Assembly: GCF_020745735.1 (NCBI RefSeq)
Contig: NC_083442.1
Location: 33,142,072 to 33,206,071, forward strand
DNA length: 64,000 nucleotides
DNA from: Hemiscyllium ocellatum
Taxonomy: Eukaryota
Direction of reading: 5' to 3'
Positions 26,281 through 40,397 of the stretch are shown here, piece by piece. Below the pieces are notes generated by a model. The model was not told the DNA's origin, searched no databases, and saw nothing but the letters and a program-made list of their open reading frames with translations. Position 1 is the stretch's first letter, and each line of letters opens with the position of its first letter. The position numbers were made by a program, and so were the translations under genes.

Positions 26281-28042
26281 AACCCACCAACTCGCACACC
26301 TACCTGGACGACACCTCCTCCCACCCCACCTTCCGTAAAAATGCTATCCCTTACTCCCAATTCCTCTGCCTCTTCCACATTTGATCCCAGGAAGACCAAT
26401 TCCACCACAGAACATCCCAGATGGTCTCCTTCTTCAAGGACCACAACTTCCCCTCCCATGTGGTCGACAATGTCCTCCAGCACATCTCCTCCACTTCCCA
26501 CACCTCTGCCCTTGAACACCACCCCCCCAATCACAAGGACAGAACCCCCCCCCGGTCCTCATCTTCCACCCCCATCAACCTCTGCATACGACACATCATC
26601 CTCCACCATTTCCGCCACCTAAAAACGGGCCCCCCCCCCCCACCTCTATCTGCAGAGACCATTCCTTCCACGACTCCCTTGTTAGGTCCATGCCCCCCAT
26701 CAACCCACCCTCCACTCCCAGCACCTTCGCCAGCCACCTAAAGTCGTGCAAAACCTGCACCCACACCTTCCCTCTCAGCTCCATCCAAGGCCCCAAAGAA
26801 TCCTTCCACATCAGACAGAGATTTACCTGTACTTCCACACATGTCATCTATTGTGTCCATTGCTCTCGATATGCTCTCCTTTATATTGGGGAGACTTGCA
26901 GAACGTTTCAGAGAACATCTCTGGGACACATGCACTAAACAACCCCACTGCCTCGAGGCCAAACACTTTAACTCACCTCCCACTCCGCCAAGAATATGCA
27001 AGTCCTGGGCCTCCTCCATTGCCAAACCCTAACCATCTGATGCCTGGAGAAAGGATGCTTCATCTTCTGCCTTGGGAGCCTCAAACCACACAGGGTCATT
27101 ATGGATTTGACCAGTTTCCTCATTTCCCTCCGAGCACCTTATCCCAGATCCAACTCTGCACCGCCTTCTTGAATTGTCCTATTTGTCCATTTTCCTTCTC
27201 ATTGTCACAAAGCTGGTTCCTTCCTAAAAGCTGTTCCTTTTCTCATGGATACTGTGTCCTTGATTTTTTTCCAGAGTTGTCGTAAACGGGCCGGGCTCTG
27301 ATTAGACTAGTCTGGTACAGGAGATGTAAAGGATTTTGAGAGGCCTTTTGTTTACATGTAAACAGATGAGACTGAAGACCAAAGTGGTCACGTTTTAGAA
27401 GTGACCTGTATAATGGAAGGGGAATGGTCAACTCTCTAGCTGAGCAGTTTAGTCCAGAACTAGTTGGGAGTTCAACAGTGAGTTGTGTGGAAACAGGCTC
27501 CTTCTCTCCTTCTGTCCTTCTAACTTCAACCTGTAAGCATTTGTTCCCTTTGTACTGTATTTTAAAGGGGTTTCGCTTAGTGGGACAGTTGTGTATATTC
27601 GGAACCGCATAGTTAAATCTAGTTTGGATGGACTGAGTTCTGTAGAGGTTCTTTATTCTGTTCTTTGTGTTTCATTGCGTAATTTTGTGAATAAATTTTT
27701 GTCTGTTTTAAACCTGGTAGTCAACTTCATGAACTTACTCCAGGTAATTTTCACTGTACACTTACTGAAACAAATTGCAAAGCTGCCTGCTTAAGAATGT
27801 TTTGAGTGGTTTGGCCTAGTCCATAACACCACCTATCCGATCTATCACCATTACCCCCACCTTCCTCTACCTATCACATTCCCAGGTACCTTCCCTCAGC
27901 CCCACTCCCTCCCCATTTATCTCTCGGCCCCCTTGGGCCACCCCCTCATTCTTGAGGAAGAGCTCATGCTCGAAACGTTGACTCTCCTGTTCCTTGGATG
28001 CTGCCTGACTAGATGCGCATTTCCAGCACCACACCTTTCGAC
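26281..28042 (+). mobile_element. PLE family B (Neptune-like) 3' body, interrupted by a solo LTR
   Basis: RT C-terminal motifs PTNSHTYLD and AIPYSQF, GIY-YIG region FTCTSTHVIYCVHCSR..LLYIGET..RLAERFREHL, and a degenerate hammerhead at about 27950-27985. Confidence 0.85.
27203..27828 (+). mobile_element. Solo LTR (probably Gypsy-type)
   Basis: TGTCAC...TAACA termini and AATAAA near 27690. It splits the PLE tail cleanly. Confidence 0.65.
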
Positions 28043-28092
28043 AAAGGAAGTCCAGAATTGTAAAATGTACCATGGGGCATCACTATGTCTAC

Positions 28093-28274
28093 CTTAATTC
28101 GCGAGTTGTCTGGCGGTTCCACAAGCGCTCCTGCACTCTGCGTCTCTCCTCTTCTGCTGCCTTTTGCTTGTCACTTGCTCCAAGATTTATCAGACAAATA
28201 GTATCATACAGCAAGTTGTCTTTCACCTCTCGGTCTAGCTTGGAATCTGTAGTGAAACTGGGGGAATGGTTCAC
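28093..28274 (-). CDS. TTLL13: TTLL13 exon (VNHSPSFTTDSKLDREVKDNLLYDT...RRVQERLWNRQTTREL)
   Basis: Completes the catalytic LEVNHSPS motif. Phases 0/2. Confidence 0.96.
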
Positions 28275-29476
28275 CTGGAACAAAAATGTAGGATGTGACA
28301 CAATCTGTTTGTTATTCAAATATTTTCAAAAATTACAAAACCATATGTAGATTCTAATATTTATTGGTTAAGGGAACTTTATCTTGCATTATGGGGAAAT
28401 TGACCGCCTGGTGTGACAAGCAGCTAAATAAACAAAACTTGATTTAATTTATTGCATGATAAATATCATTGATCTGATGGAAAGCAATGAATGAAGAACT
28501 GCACTTGGCTCCAATGCCTCTAACATTACCAACTAAATTAATTATAGTTCTTGCACCTGATAAAATAGAGGGACTCTTTGATGTGAATGAAAGCCAGAAG
28601 CTGAATTACACCTCAGCAGCAGATCAGAGGCTTGGCAGTCTATGGGGAAGAGCTTACCCCAGACCTCTTCAAAACACCGCTATAATTTACAAGGCTAGAA
28701 GGCTCGGGAGTGGGAGGGAATACTTGTCAGTGGTCTTGGTGGGTATAGCTGCAACAACAGTTAAGAGGCTCCACACCATTCAGGACAGAGTAATTTTGAT
28801 GTTTTGAACATTTCACAAGGTTCAATAGCTTTCTCAGTCTCCCCCATTGTGGCTGCAGCGTACATGGCCTAAAGGATGCACAGTAGCAAACTGCCTAGGT
28901 TATTTTGATAATATCACCCAGTTATCATTGTAGAACAGTTCAGACACTCTCTCTGTCTTAATCTCAAATCTAGGTATCCCTTAACTGTCAGCTTTGTCCA
29001 GCGAGCAGGTAGTATCATCACAGAATCAAAGGGTTGTGGATTTCTCACCCTAGATACTTCAGCATATAATCCAGGTAGTTCTTGCAGGGCAGTATTAAAA
29101 GATGCTGCACTGTCAGAGGTGCTTGCCTTCAAATACAACATTTCGCTGAGGTTCCACAAGGTAGTTTTAGTGAATGCTAATAGATCTCTGTCACACATTG
29201 AAGTAGTCCAGAGAGTAGCCCCAACATCCTCAAAGTAAATTAACTAGTGACTCATGTCATTTGTTTTTTGCATGCCCCATACAAATCACCTGTGTTTTTT
29301 GACACTCACAACAATAGCATACTTCAGAAATAATTAACTGCTCATGAACTACTTTGGAATATCTAATGAATGTGATTAAATGCTTTATAAAGGCAAGTTC
29401 TTTCTTCCATTATCATTCCCTGAGCTCTCTATTTAGCTTTCTGATATCAAAGCACCTTGTTCAAAGTTTCACCCAC

Positions 29477-29702
29477 CTCCAAGAGCCACGGCTTCAAATT
29501 GCGATCCATTAGGATATCAAATCCTAATATCTCAAAGCAAGCACTTCCAAAGAGGCGACTGGAGAAACAAGTCCGATAGTTATGCTTTAGGATTGGATAG
29601 GCTGAAACTAGAGTCTTAATGATGACATCTTCAATGTCTGCCCAAACCTTTGTTATGTCATGTCCACGCTGCTCCAACCATTTGTTGAATGAGGACAGTT
29701 TT
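29477..29702 (-). CDS. TTLL13: TTLL13 exon (KLSSFNKWLEQ...CFEILGFDILMDRNLKPWLLE)
   Basis: CFEILGFDI and PWLLE motifs. Phases 2/0. Confidence 0.96.
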
Positions 29703-30779
29703 CTGCATGAAACAAAACACAGGATAAATGGACCAACACAAAGATATATAGATACTTTATTAGTTTAATTAATACATCAGACATAATGTTTCTGAGCTAT
29801 TGCCCAGGCAAGAATCCGGTGTTGTATGTTAGCGAATGTTCAATTTTAACTTCTATCCTGATACAATGGACTAAATCGACACTGCAACATCTGCATCTAT
29901 TGAATATTTTCAAGATTTTACATTGAACAATGAGCAAGGCCATGAGAAAGCCAGCTGAAAATGGTGGGGCTTCAGTCACTGGCACCTTTGAAATGGGAAC
30001 ACTGTCTGACTAGCACAACTGGCTTTGGTTACTGGAAATGCTGGCTGAAAATAATGACTATGGCACCAGATGTATGATAAAAGTAGAGCTCCTTTCAGAT
30101 TGCAAAGGCTTTCAATTTAAGTATCAAGGGTTCTTATAAACTAGCCAGCTGTGCAATGACGCTTGGACCAATACATTTCAATCCGGTGAATGACATCAGT
30201 TATGGAGACAGATGAGAGAAACAACAGCTGTCCATCATAGAGTGGAGATGGCTAAAGGGAGAATTGATAAGAGGTTTTCAAAATCATTCCGGTCTTTGAC
30301 AGCGTAAATGAGGAGCAAATAATTCCAGTGGCATGAGAATCATAAACTAGTTCACAGCCTTCAGGAAATTGGCAAAAGAACCAGAAGTGGCATGAAGAAT
30401 ACCTTTTTTTGTAACACAGCAAGTTGTTATGAAATGGAATGCACTGCCTGAAAGAGTAGTGGATTGAAAGGTCATTCACTGGATCAAATGTGTGGATTCA
30501 AAAAGGAAATAGATGAAAAATTTTAAAAATATTGTAGGATTATGGGGAAAGAGTATAGGAGTGGGGTTAATTGGGTACCTCTTTTGAAGAGGCAGCACAG
30601 ATATGTTAGGTCGAATGCCCTCCTTCTGTGTTGCATAATTCTCAGAGTGGTCAAACAATACCTTAACCCATCATCATCAGGACAACATTGCTAGGACCTT
30701 TATGAAATATTTGCTGCATAATGTGACAAAAGATTGTAGGTTTACTGCTAGATTTTTCCTTCCAACTTGTTAAATGTAC

Positions 30780-30865
30780 CTTTTGCTGCTCCCGTCCCCA
30801 TCTCTGACAAAGTTCTTGCTGTGCTTGTTGATGGCATAGTTTGTCAAGTGCATGCAGATGTCATC
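30780..30865 (-). CDS. TTLL13: TTLL13 exon (DDICMHLTNYAINKHSKNFVRDGDGSSKR)
   Basis: HLTNYAINK motif. Phases 0/2. Confidence 0.95.
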
Positions 30866-32731
30866 CTGTCATTAACAAATAAAATACTTCAATGGTTTGG
30901 GACAGGGGTGATGTAAACTCCACCACAGTTTCGCCTCGCCTTGCTACTCCTCTCCCCCCATCGTGTAGCTTTCTCCAGGACTATAACTCTCCAAGACTTC
31001 CTTACTCCCCAATTATGATCCTTTGCAAATCCCTGCTTTTCATCCATTTACCATTAGTGGCCTTTCAGTTGCCTGGGTCCTAAGTTCTGGAATTCCCTTA
31101 CCCAAACTCTCTGCCTCTCTCCTGCTTTAAAGGTTCTTCATTAAAAAAAATTACCCATTTCTCAAAGTTTTTGAATACCTGTTACAATAACCTATAGGTT
31201 GTATGTTAGATTTTGACTGATAATGCTCCCATGAAGCAACTTAGGACATTTCATTATATCAAAGGGACTATATAACTGCAAGTTGTTTTTTTTAATGTTT
31301 TCAAGGCCAGCATTTGCTGCACATCCTTAAGAGACCTTGAACTGAATGGCTTGCTGAGCCATTTCAGAGGGCAGTTAAAAGTCAACCACATCACACGTAG
31401 GCTAAACTCTAAGGATAGCAGATTTCCTTTCCAAAAAGACGAAAATGAATCAGATAGGTTTTTACAACAGTCAATGACCGTTGTCATGGCTATCATCTGA
31501 GACTAGCTTTATATTTCAGATTTATTAATTGCATTTAAATTTCACTGGCTGCCATGGTGGAATTTGAACCTATATCCCCAGAGCATTAGCCTGGGCCTCT
31601 ATTTTCTCGGTTGATGGAATTATGACAATGCCACCATCTTCCCAGTTAATTCAGGGACGCATGCCTTAAAGGCAGCTATTGTACAGAGATAACATCAGTC
31701 TTAATACAACAATGATTCAGATCTGAGCTGCATTAGCTCATGAAGGCTTACCGGTTATCCACAGAAACTTAACAGTTTTAACATAAATCACTACCCTACC
31801 AACATCAAGCCTAAAGATTTCATGTCATGAGGGCAGGATATATTACTCACTCTGCAGAGACATGGAATTAAAATTGAATATGTTACTAAAAAAACTGCAG
31901 TAATTTGCATTAGACACCCTCAGTGGGTATATGCATTGTTACATGTGATCCTCAGCCAAACAAAATGTAAGGTATCAAGTCTGACTGCTGATTGGTTTCG
32001 AGTTAGATGATCTCAGATGGAAAAACAATTTTATTGGCCTCAATACCCTTGGACTGAGGAGAGAAATAATTCAGGCAAGACTTCCTGCTGCAACTGGTTA
32101 CATAATTATTGGGTGCAGATGAAGAACAAATCCTAACTAATCAAGGGTTTGCCCTGTGGGCCGTACCTGCATAGAATTAGAGGCCACATGCAACATTTGA
32201 AACTTAGTTTCCATTAATCCTCATGGGATGTCAACAGTTTAAGCGAATGAGTAAATAAAATAGCAGATGGGGTGTAATATGGTAAAGTGTGAGGTTTTCC
32301 ACTTGGGCAGGAATAATAGAAAAGACAAGAAAGCGGAGTTAAGATCACAGTTAGATCAATCATGATGGTAATTAACTGGTAGAGCAAACTCAGAGCCAAA
32401 TGGCCTACTCTTGCTCCTACGTCTAATGTTCTTATGTCTCAATTTGCTGATATTAACCGATTTTGGTGTCTTGCTGTGGGATTAATTCACCAATGTGGCA
32501 ATAATGCTAAGAACAGGCCTTTGTCATTCCAAATTTATTATTCCATGTGGTCCATAGCTTAGTTCTGGCATTTTAGCCATTACTGACAAATGAAGGATGA
32601 TCACTGAGTGAGGAAGTGAGAGGGTGGCTGGCATTTGTGGGACATTACCCAACAAGAGTCAGCAGCTTTAAAATAGGTTGGGAGCAAAGGGATAAGAGAA
32701 AAATAAAAGAACCGGCTTCTATGTTCCCCTA

Positions 32732-32815
32732 GTAAGAAGTGAAGTCTTCAGATGCTGGAGATCAGAGCTGAAAACGTGCTGACCTGCTGCGCTTTAACCA
32801 GTAACACATTTTCAG
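32732..32815. mobile_element. PLE family B miniature fold-back
   Basis: 15-bp TSD ttctatgttccccta (32717-32731 / 32816-32830); tail plus an inverted arm. Confidence 0.65.
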
Positions 32816-33227
32816 TTCTATGTTCCCCTACCATGATGACAGCCATGTCTCAGTGATATCATTGGAGTCAGAAGATTGTGACTTTGAGCCTCAGTCCAGT
32901 GAGAGGAGCACAGAATCCAGTGTAGCACTGAAGGAATGTTGCATATTCTGATGTGCCATCTTTCAGGGAAGACTGTTGCCCTCCCGGATGGGTAAAGAAG
33001 ATTCCATGTGACTATTTTAAAGCAAAGCAGCAATCTCCTGGGCTAATTACTATTTCCTCGACCAACATTAAAAACCAAACACTGCGTTCTGCATTGCAGA
33101 GTTTTCGGTTGGAGCTTATTGTGCATTTCTAAACTGCCAAGTGGCTACCCTTCAAAAGACATTTAACTGACCGCAAAGCACTTTGGTATATTGTCAAGTT
33201 ATGAAAGGTGCAAGTCCATTTTTCTTC

Positions 33228-33476
33228 AAAACAAAAAAATAAACAACTGCAGATGCTGGAAATCTGAAAAAAAAACAGAACTTGCTGGAAAATCTCAGCA
33301 GGTCTGGCAGCATCTGTTAAAGGAAGCCAGAGTTAACCTTTTGGGTCCAGTGACCCTTCCGAAGAAAACAACTGAAGCACTGAAGAAGGGTCAGTGGACT
33401 CAAAACATTGACTGCTTTCCCATCACAGATGCTGCCAGACCTGCTGCATTTCTCTAGTAACTTCTGTTTTTGTTTC
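33228..33476. mobile_element. Older PLE family B-type fold-back with a degenerate hammerhead
   Basis: Inverted arms cagcaggtctggcagcatctg / cagatgctgccagacctgctg, and ctgaagaagggtc...aaaacattg. Confidence 0.7.
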
Positions 33477-33611
33477 TAATCTTTCTCACAACTATGTTAG
33501 TTTACCGTGAAAAAGGGTCTGTTGCACATCCAGAAGCTGCAGATGACAGAAATGATTTCAGTGTGCTCAGAAATAACAATAATCTCATGATAACACAGGA
33601 AGGAACATTAC

Positions 33612-33755
33612 CAAGTTATTGTTTGAAGGTTCATTGTACTTGCTGGTTGCAAACCTTGCCAGTCCCTCTTTGTAAATATAGATTCGAAAGGGATCACAGG
33701 ATGTAACCAAGACGTAGATACGGAGGTCAAATTTGAAGCCATCTATGAGGAAAGG
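33612..33755 (-). CDS. TTLL13: TTLL13 exon ([48 protein letters not shown])
   Basis: [12 protein letters not shown] and GLARFAT motifs. 144 bp, phases 0/0. Confidence 0.96.
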
Positions 33756-36700
33756 CTGTAAAACAACATTAAAGTTACATTAGGCAAGCTACACGATACT
33801 TGTCATACATCAAACACCATCTTCATGCCATCTTGCAGAGGTACAGAGCAATCCAAATTAAGCTGCTCAGAAAAGACAGTCTGATAGCAAGGATTAGTCT
33901 GTGCAAGTCTAGTGGCCGTGCTCTAAAAGGGGGATGAGGGAGAAGGCAAGGGGATAGACAACCAACAAAAATGGCTGCGAGTATGAGGTACCTAGAAGGA
34001 CAGGATAAAATTTTGAATAGAGTCAGCTGGCTGGGGAGAAGGGGCACAAAGGTTTCAGCATATTCAGAACAGGCAGAATCACTGAAGATATAGGACAGGA
34101 GAAAGTAACACTACAATGCGAGAGTTGGTGGCAGGCCTGCCATGGAGAGACAATGCTGCAGTGATAATTTCACTGGATTAATAATCCAGAACAATTACCT
34201 TCTCAGGACACACATCCACTCCAAGGTTCCCCATATGCCAATCTGGGATGGACTTCCAGTTCCAAAAGTCAGTGCCACACAGTGCCACACCTTGGAGGTC
34301 CATGCAGCCAGAAAAAAAATGAGGGGGTCTCTGGGCCAGAGGTCCACATTAATGTTCTGGAGGCACAAATTTGAATCCCAACTCAGCCATTAAGTCATAA
34401 ATTGCTTACTAATTCTGGGATTCAAAATTAATCTCAGTGGATGACCATCAGTTATGGTAAAAGAAATCACTAATCTTCAGGGGGGGAAAAAAGAATTGCC
34501 ATCCTTGTGACCAATGTTTATTGACCAATCTGACCAATGTCTAATTTCATACCCACAGCAATGTGATTGATTTTTAACAACACACTGAAAGTACTTAGCA
34601 AGCCACCAAATTGTGGAATCACAAATGCTCGCTATGGGCGTAATGACCACATTCATTAGGATTTAATGGTGCATAATTAGGAAAGGGATCAAAATTGTAT
34701 AATACTCCAGGTGTGGGCTCATTAATACCTTGTACAGTTCTCTGTTATAATTTACTCCTTCAGCAATTTTATGTCTGTCATCACTGAAGAGAATCTAAAA
34801 ATGTTCTAATAACAGCTTTAAAGCAGGAGGTGAAAGGGAGAGAGAGAACCTTGGTAAAAATACACTCACTGGGGAGCAGCACTAAACAAACTGATGAAAT
34901 GCAGACTGGGAAGTCTTTGGATCCTGATGAATATCATCTCAGGGTCTTAAAAAAAGCTAAAGACATAGTAGATGCACTGGTATTAGTTTTCCAAATTTCA
35001 TGATATTTTTGGAAAAGTTGCATCAGATGGGAGAGTAGCAACTCCTTCTCAAAAAGAGAGACAGGCAGAGAACATGAAACCATAGGCCAGTTAGCTCGAC
35101 TTGATGTTTTTCATGCAAAAATGTTAAAATTAATCATTTCATGGATAGAAGATTGGCTGATTCACAGAAAACAGAAAGTGGGTAAAAGATGGTGGATGGA
35201 GTGATTGGTAAATATGACAGTTCTGCAGGAATCTGTACTGGGGCCTCAGCTTTTTATGATATATATATCAAAGAATTAGATGAGAAGAAAGGAGGTATGA
35301 TGCTAAATTTGTAGATGACGGAAAGATAACTAGCAAAGTAGGTTGAAGAAATACACCAAAGCTCCTTACGGAATACCTTCTAAACCTACGACCACTTCCA
35401 TCTAGAAGGACAAGGGCAGCAGATATATATCACCTACAAGCTCCCCACCAAGCCACTCACCCTCCTGACTTGGAAATATATTGCCGTTCCTTCAGTGTCA
35501 CTAGGTAAAAATCATGGAATTTCCTCCCTGTGGGCATTCCTACACCACGTACACTGCAGCAGTTCAAGAAGCTAGCTCACCTCCACTTTCTGAAGGGCAA
35601 CTAGGGACGTTTAATAAATTCTGGCTGAGCCAGTGATACCCTATGCTGCATAAGTGAATTAAAAAAAGGACAATAACAAGAGAACAAACGGAGATATATA
35701 TACTTAGGATAAGTGATTAGGCAAATATTTGGCAGATACAGTATAAAGTGGAAAAATGTGAACTTGTTCACATAGGCGAGAACAAAAAAAAGTGTTTCTC
35801 AGATGGATAACAACTGCAGAAGTATATGGCGCAGAGAGAACTGGGTGTTCTAATGCACAGGTTACAAAAGATTAGTATGCAGGCATAGCAAATAATTAAA
35901 AAGGTTAATGGAATGCTATTCTTCATTATGAGAGGAATTAAATATATGTAAGGAAGTTATGTTTCAGATTTACAAGGCATTGGTGAGACCACTTCTTAAA
36001 TACAATTTTGGTCTCCTCACGTAAAAAGTAACATAAATATGTTGAAGACAGTTCAAAAGGAGGTTTATTAGATTGCTACCTACAATGATTGAGTTGTCTT
36101 TTGAAGCTAGGCTTATTTCCACTGGAGTGAGGAGTTACTTGACTGACTGAAATATTTACGTTTCTGAATAATCTTGGCAAATGGACTCATTAAGTCCAGA
36201 ACTATTGAACACTTTATTTTTCTCTCAGAGGATTGTGCCACTTTAGAAGTCTCTGCCTCAAAAGGTATGGAAGATGGAGAGAGGTCATTGAATATTTTTA
36301 AGGTGGAGGCAGATAGATTCTTGTTCAGCAGAGGAATCAAATATTATTATTAGGAGAAGATGGGAATGTAGAATTTGAAACATAACTAGATCAGCCGTGA
36401 TCTTATTGAATGGCAGAGCAGACACAAGGTGCTGCTCGAAATTCACATATCTATATGTTCATATGAATAAAATATTTTATGCAATGCAGCTTAAAAAATG
36501 ATTTTGTTAGCTGTGGTTAAAATGAGCAGCACTCATTTCTGGGTCAGAAAATTAAGAACTAGGAGAAGTAGTAGGCAATTCAGCCCCTCCACCCTTCCCT
36601 GCCATTTAATACAAACATGGCTGATCTCATCTTAGCCTCAACTCCACTTTCCTGTCGGCTCTCAATAACCTTTGAACCCATTACTAACTAAAAATCTGTC

Positions 36701-37154
36701 TCCTTAGATTTATCCCGGCACCCACCAGACACTGAGAGAAGTAATTTCTCCTCATCAGTTTTAAATCTTCCCTCCCCTATCCTAAAACCTTTTATTCTAG
36801 ATTGTCCAATGAGAGGAAACATCTTTTCTGCGTTACTTTTCCAGCCCTCATTAGTATCTTATTGACCTCAATTACACCCCCTCTCATTCTTCGAAACTGC
36901 AGAGTATAAATCTAAACAGCTCAATCTTTCTTTATAAGACAAAACTCATCTCTGGAATCAATCTAGTGAACCTCCTCTGAACTGCCTCCAATCTAACTAT
37001 AATCCCTTCTCAATGAAAGGGATCAAAATTGTATGCAATACTCCAGGTATGGGCTCATTAATACCTTGCACAATTCTCTACTATTATAATCAATTCCTTC
37101 AGCAATAAATGCCCAAATGCCATTTTTGTTACTTTGAACTGATCCCATACTGTT

Positions 37155-40038
37155 AGAACATAGAACAGTCCAGCACAGAGCAGGCCCTTCAGCCCACGAT
37201 GTTGTGCGGACCACTGATCGTCATGTATGCAGCCTCAAATTTCTGTGACCATATGTATATCCAGCAGATCTTAAATGTCCCCAATGACCTTGCTTCCACA
37301 ACTGTTGCTGGCAACGCATTCCATGCACTCACAACTCTGTGTAAAGAACCCACCTCTGACATCCCCTCTATACTTTCCTCCAACCAGCTTAAACTATGAC
37401 CCCAGTGTTAGCCATTTCTGCCCTGGGAAATAATCTATGGCCATCGATTCTATCTATGCCTCTCATTATCTTGTACACCTCAATTAGGTCTCCTTTTCTC
37501 CAATGAAAAAAGTCCGAGCTCAGTCAACCTCTCTTCATAAGATAAGCCCTCCAGTCCAGGCAGCATCCTGGTAAACCTCCTCTGAACCCTCTCCAAAGCA
37601 TCCACATCTTTCTTATAATAGGGTGACCAGAACTGGACGCAGTATTCTAAGTGCGGTCTAACCAAAGTTTTATGGAACTGCAACAAGATCTCACAACTCT
37701 TAAACTCAATCCCCCTGTTAATGAAAGCCAAAACACCATATACTTTCTTAACAACCCTGTCCACTTGGCTGGCCATTTTAAGGGATCTATGTACCTGCAC
37801 CCCAAGATCCCTCTGTTCCTCCACACTGCCAAGAATCCTATCCTTAATCCTGTACTCAGCTTTCAAATTCAACCTTTCAAAATGCATCACCTCATTCTTC
37901 GAAACTCCACAGTATAAATCAATCCAGGTTGAACTCCATCTGCCACCTCTCAGCCCATCTCTGCATCCTATCAATATCCCACTGCAGCCTACAACAGCCC
38001 TCTATACTGTCAACGACACCTCCAACCTTTGTGTCGTCTGCAAACTTGCTGACCCATCCTTCAATCTCCTCATCCAAGTCATTAATAAAAACTACAACAG
38101 TAGAGGCCCAAGGACAGAGCCCTGTGGAACACCACTCACCACTGACTTCCAGGCAGAATATTTTCCTTCCACTACCACTAGCTGTCTTCTGTTGGCCAGC
38201 CAATTCTGTATCCAGACAGCTAAGTTCCCCTGTATCCCATTCCTCCTGACCTTCTGAATGAACCTACCATGGGGAACCTTATCAAATGCCTTGCTGAAGT
38301 CCATATACACCACATCCACAGCTTGACCCTCAACAACTTTTCTAGTCACATCCTCAAAGAACTCGATAAAGTTTGTGAGGCATGACCTGCCCCTCACAAA
38401 GCCGTGTTGACTGCATTTAATCAAGCCATGCTCTTCCAGATGGTCATAAATCCTATCCCTCAGAATCCTTTCTAACACCTTACAGATGACAGACGTGAGA
38501 CTGACTGGTCTGTAAGTACCCGGGATTTCCCTATTTCCTTTCTTGAAGAGAGGAATTACATTTGCCTCTCTCCAGTCCTCAGGTACGACTCATATGAAAG
38601 CAAGGATGCAAAGATCTTCGCAAGTGATGAAGCAATTGCATTTCTCGTTTCCCAAAGCAGCCGAGGACAAATCTGGTCCAGGCCTGGCGACTTGTCAATC
38701 TTAATATTTGACAAAATTTTCAGCACATCAGCTTCCTCTATCTCTATCCTTTCCAGCATGAACACCTGCTCTTCAAAGGTTTCATTCACTACAAAGTTTG
38801 TTTCTTTCGTAAAGACAGAAGCAAAAAACTCATTTAGGGCTTTCCCTACCTCCTCAGACTCCACACACAAATTCCCTATATTATCCCTGACCATTCTTTC
38901 TTTGACCATTCTCTTATTCCTCACATAAGTGTAAAATGCCTTTGTGTTCTCCCTAATCTGTTCTGCCAAGCCTTTCTTGTGCCCCCTCCTGGCTCTCCTC
39001 AGACCATTTTTAAGCTCCTTCCATGCCTGCCTGTAATCCTCTAGAGCTGAGCTTGACCCTAGCTTCCTCCACCTTATGTAAGCTACCTTCTTCCTTTTAA
39101 TGAGAAGCTCCACCGCTCTCATCATCCAAGGTTCCTTCATCTTACCCCTTCTTGCCTGTCTCAGAGGGACATATTTATTCATCACTCGTAACAACTGTTC
39201 CTTAAACATGTCTATAGTGCCTTTACCATGGAACAATTGCTCCCAATCCATGCTTCCTAACTCATGTCTAATCACATTATAGTTTCCTCTTCCCCAATTA
39301 AATATCCTCCCATTTTGCCTAATCCTCTCCTTCTCCACAGGTATGTAGAATGTGTGGCAGTTGTGGTCACTATCACCAAAATGCTCTCCCACCACAAGAT
39401 CTGATATCTGCCCTGGCTCGTTTCCGAGCACCAAGTCTAGAATGGCCTCTCCCCTCGTCGGCCTGTCAACGTACTGAGTTAGGAAACCCTCCTGAACACA
39501 CCTTACAAGAACAGCTCCATTCAAATCTTCTGCTCGAAGGAGGTTCCAATCAATATTGGGAAAGTTAAAGTCACCCATTACAACAACCTACTACGTCCAC
39601 ACTTTTCCAAAATCTGCCGACCTATGCTTTCTTCAATCTCCTTGCTGCTATTGGGGGGACTGTAGTAAACCCCTAACGAGGTGACTGCCCCCTTGCTGTT
39701 CCTAATTTCCACCCATACTGACTCGGTAGGCAGATCTTCCTCGACAATGGAAGCTTCTGTATCTGTGATACCCTCTCTGATTAGTAGTGCTACACCCCCT
39801 CCTCTTTATCCCCCCTGCCTATTCTTTTTAAATGCTCTATACCCTGGAACATCCAGCATCCATTCCTGCCTCTGAGAAACCCATGTCTCTGTTATAGCCA
39901 CAACATCATAGCACCAGGTACTGATCCATGCTCTAAGTTCATCACTTTTATTCCTGATACTCCTTGCGTTAAAGCAAACACACTTTAACTGATCCCTTGG
40001 TTCCTTCCCAGGAAAATCCTTCCTACTAGCTGGTCTAC
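37155..40038 (-). mobile_element. CR1-clade LINE with near-complete ORF2 (APE endonuclease and RT), frameshifted
   Basis: NARSIRNK..ITETW, GDFN, DHN, MDFSKAFDKVPH, GVPQGSVLGP, KFADDTK and LEYCVQFWSP motifs, a gttcta-type 3' tail and a possible ctgtt TSD. Confidence 0.93.
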
Positions 40039-40240
40039 CTGTTGGCAGCAGTATTTGCTCCTTTATAACAGTGGCTGTGCTTAAATTGTAAATTGTTTTG
40101 GGAAATCCTAAGGTCATGAATATTACAAAATTATAATGTTTCCTTTTTTTATTTCCTGATGTAATTGTGCAACAATTCAGTACTGGTTTGTTATTGCTAG
40201 AATCTGTTTTTGTGCATAAGCATGATGTATGTTTTAATAC

Positions 40241-40397
40241 CTTGGAAATATACTGCTGGCAGATCAGGCGGTCTCCTTGTTTAATGTCCTTTAAGTTTCT
40301 AGTAATGAAAATCCCCCGGCCCTGGCACCCACAGTCTGGTTTACAGATATACGTCTTGGTCTTCTTCATTCTGCAGTAGGCCTGAAAATCCCCAAAA
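40241..40397 (-). CDS. TTLL13: TTLL13 exon (FGDFQAYCRMKKTKTYICKPDCGCQGRGIFITR...ICQQYISK)
   Basis: ATP-grasp motifs ICKP..GCQGRGI and QQYI. Phases 2/0. Confidence 0.96.
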
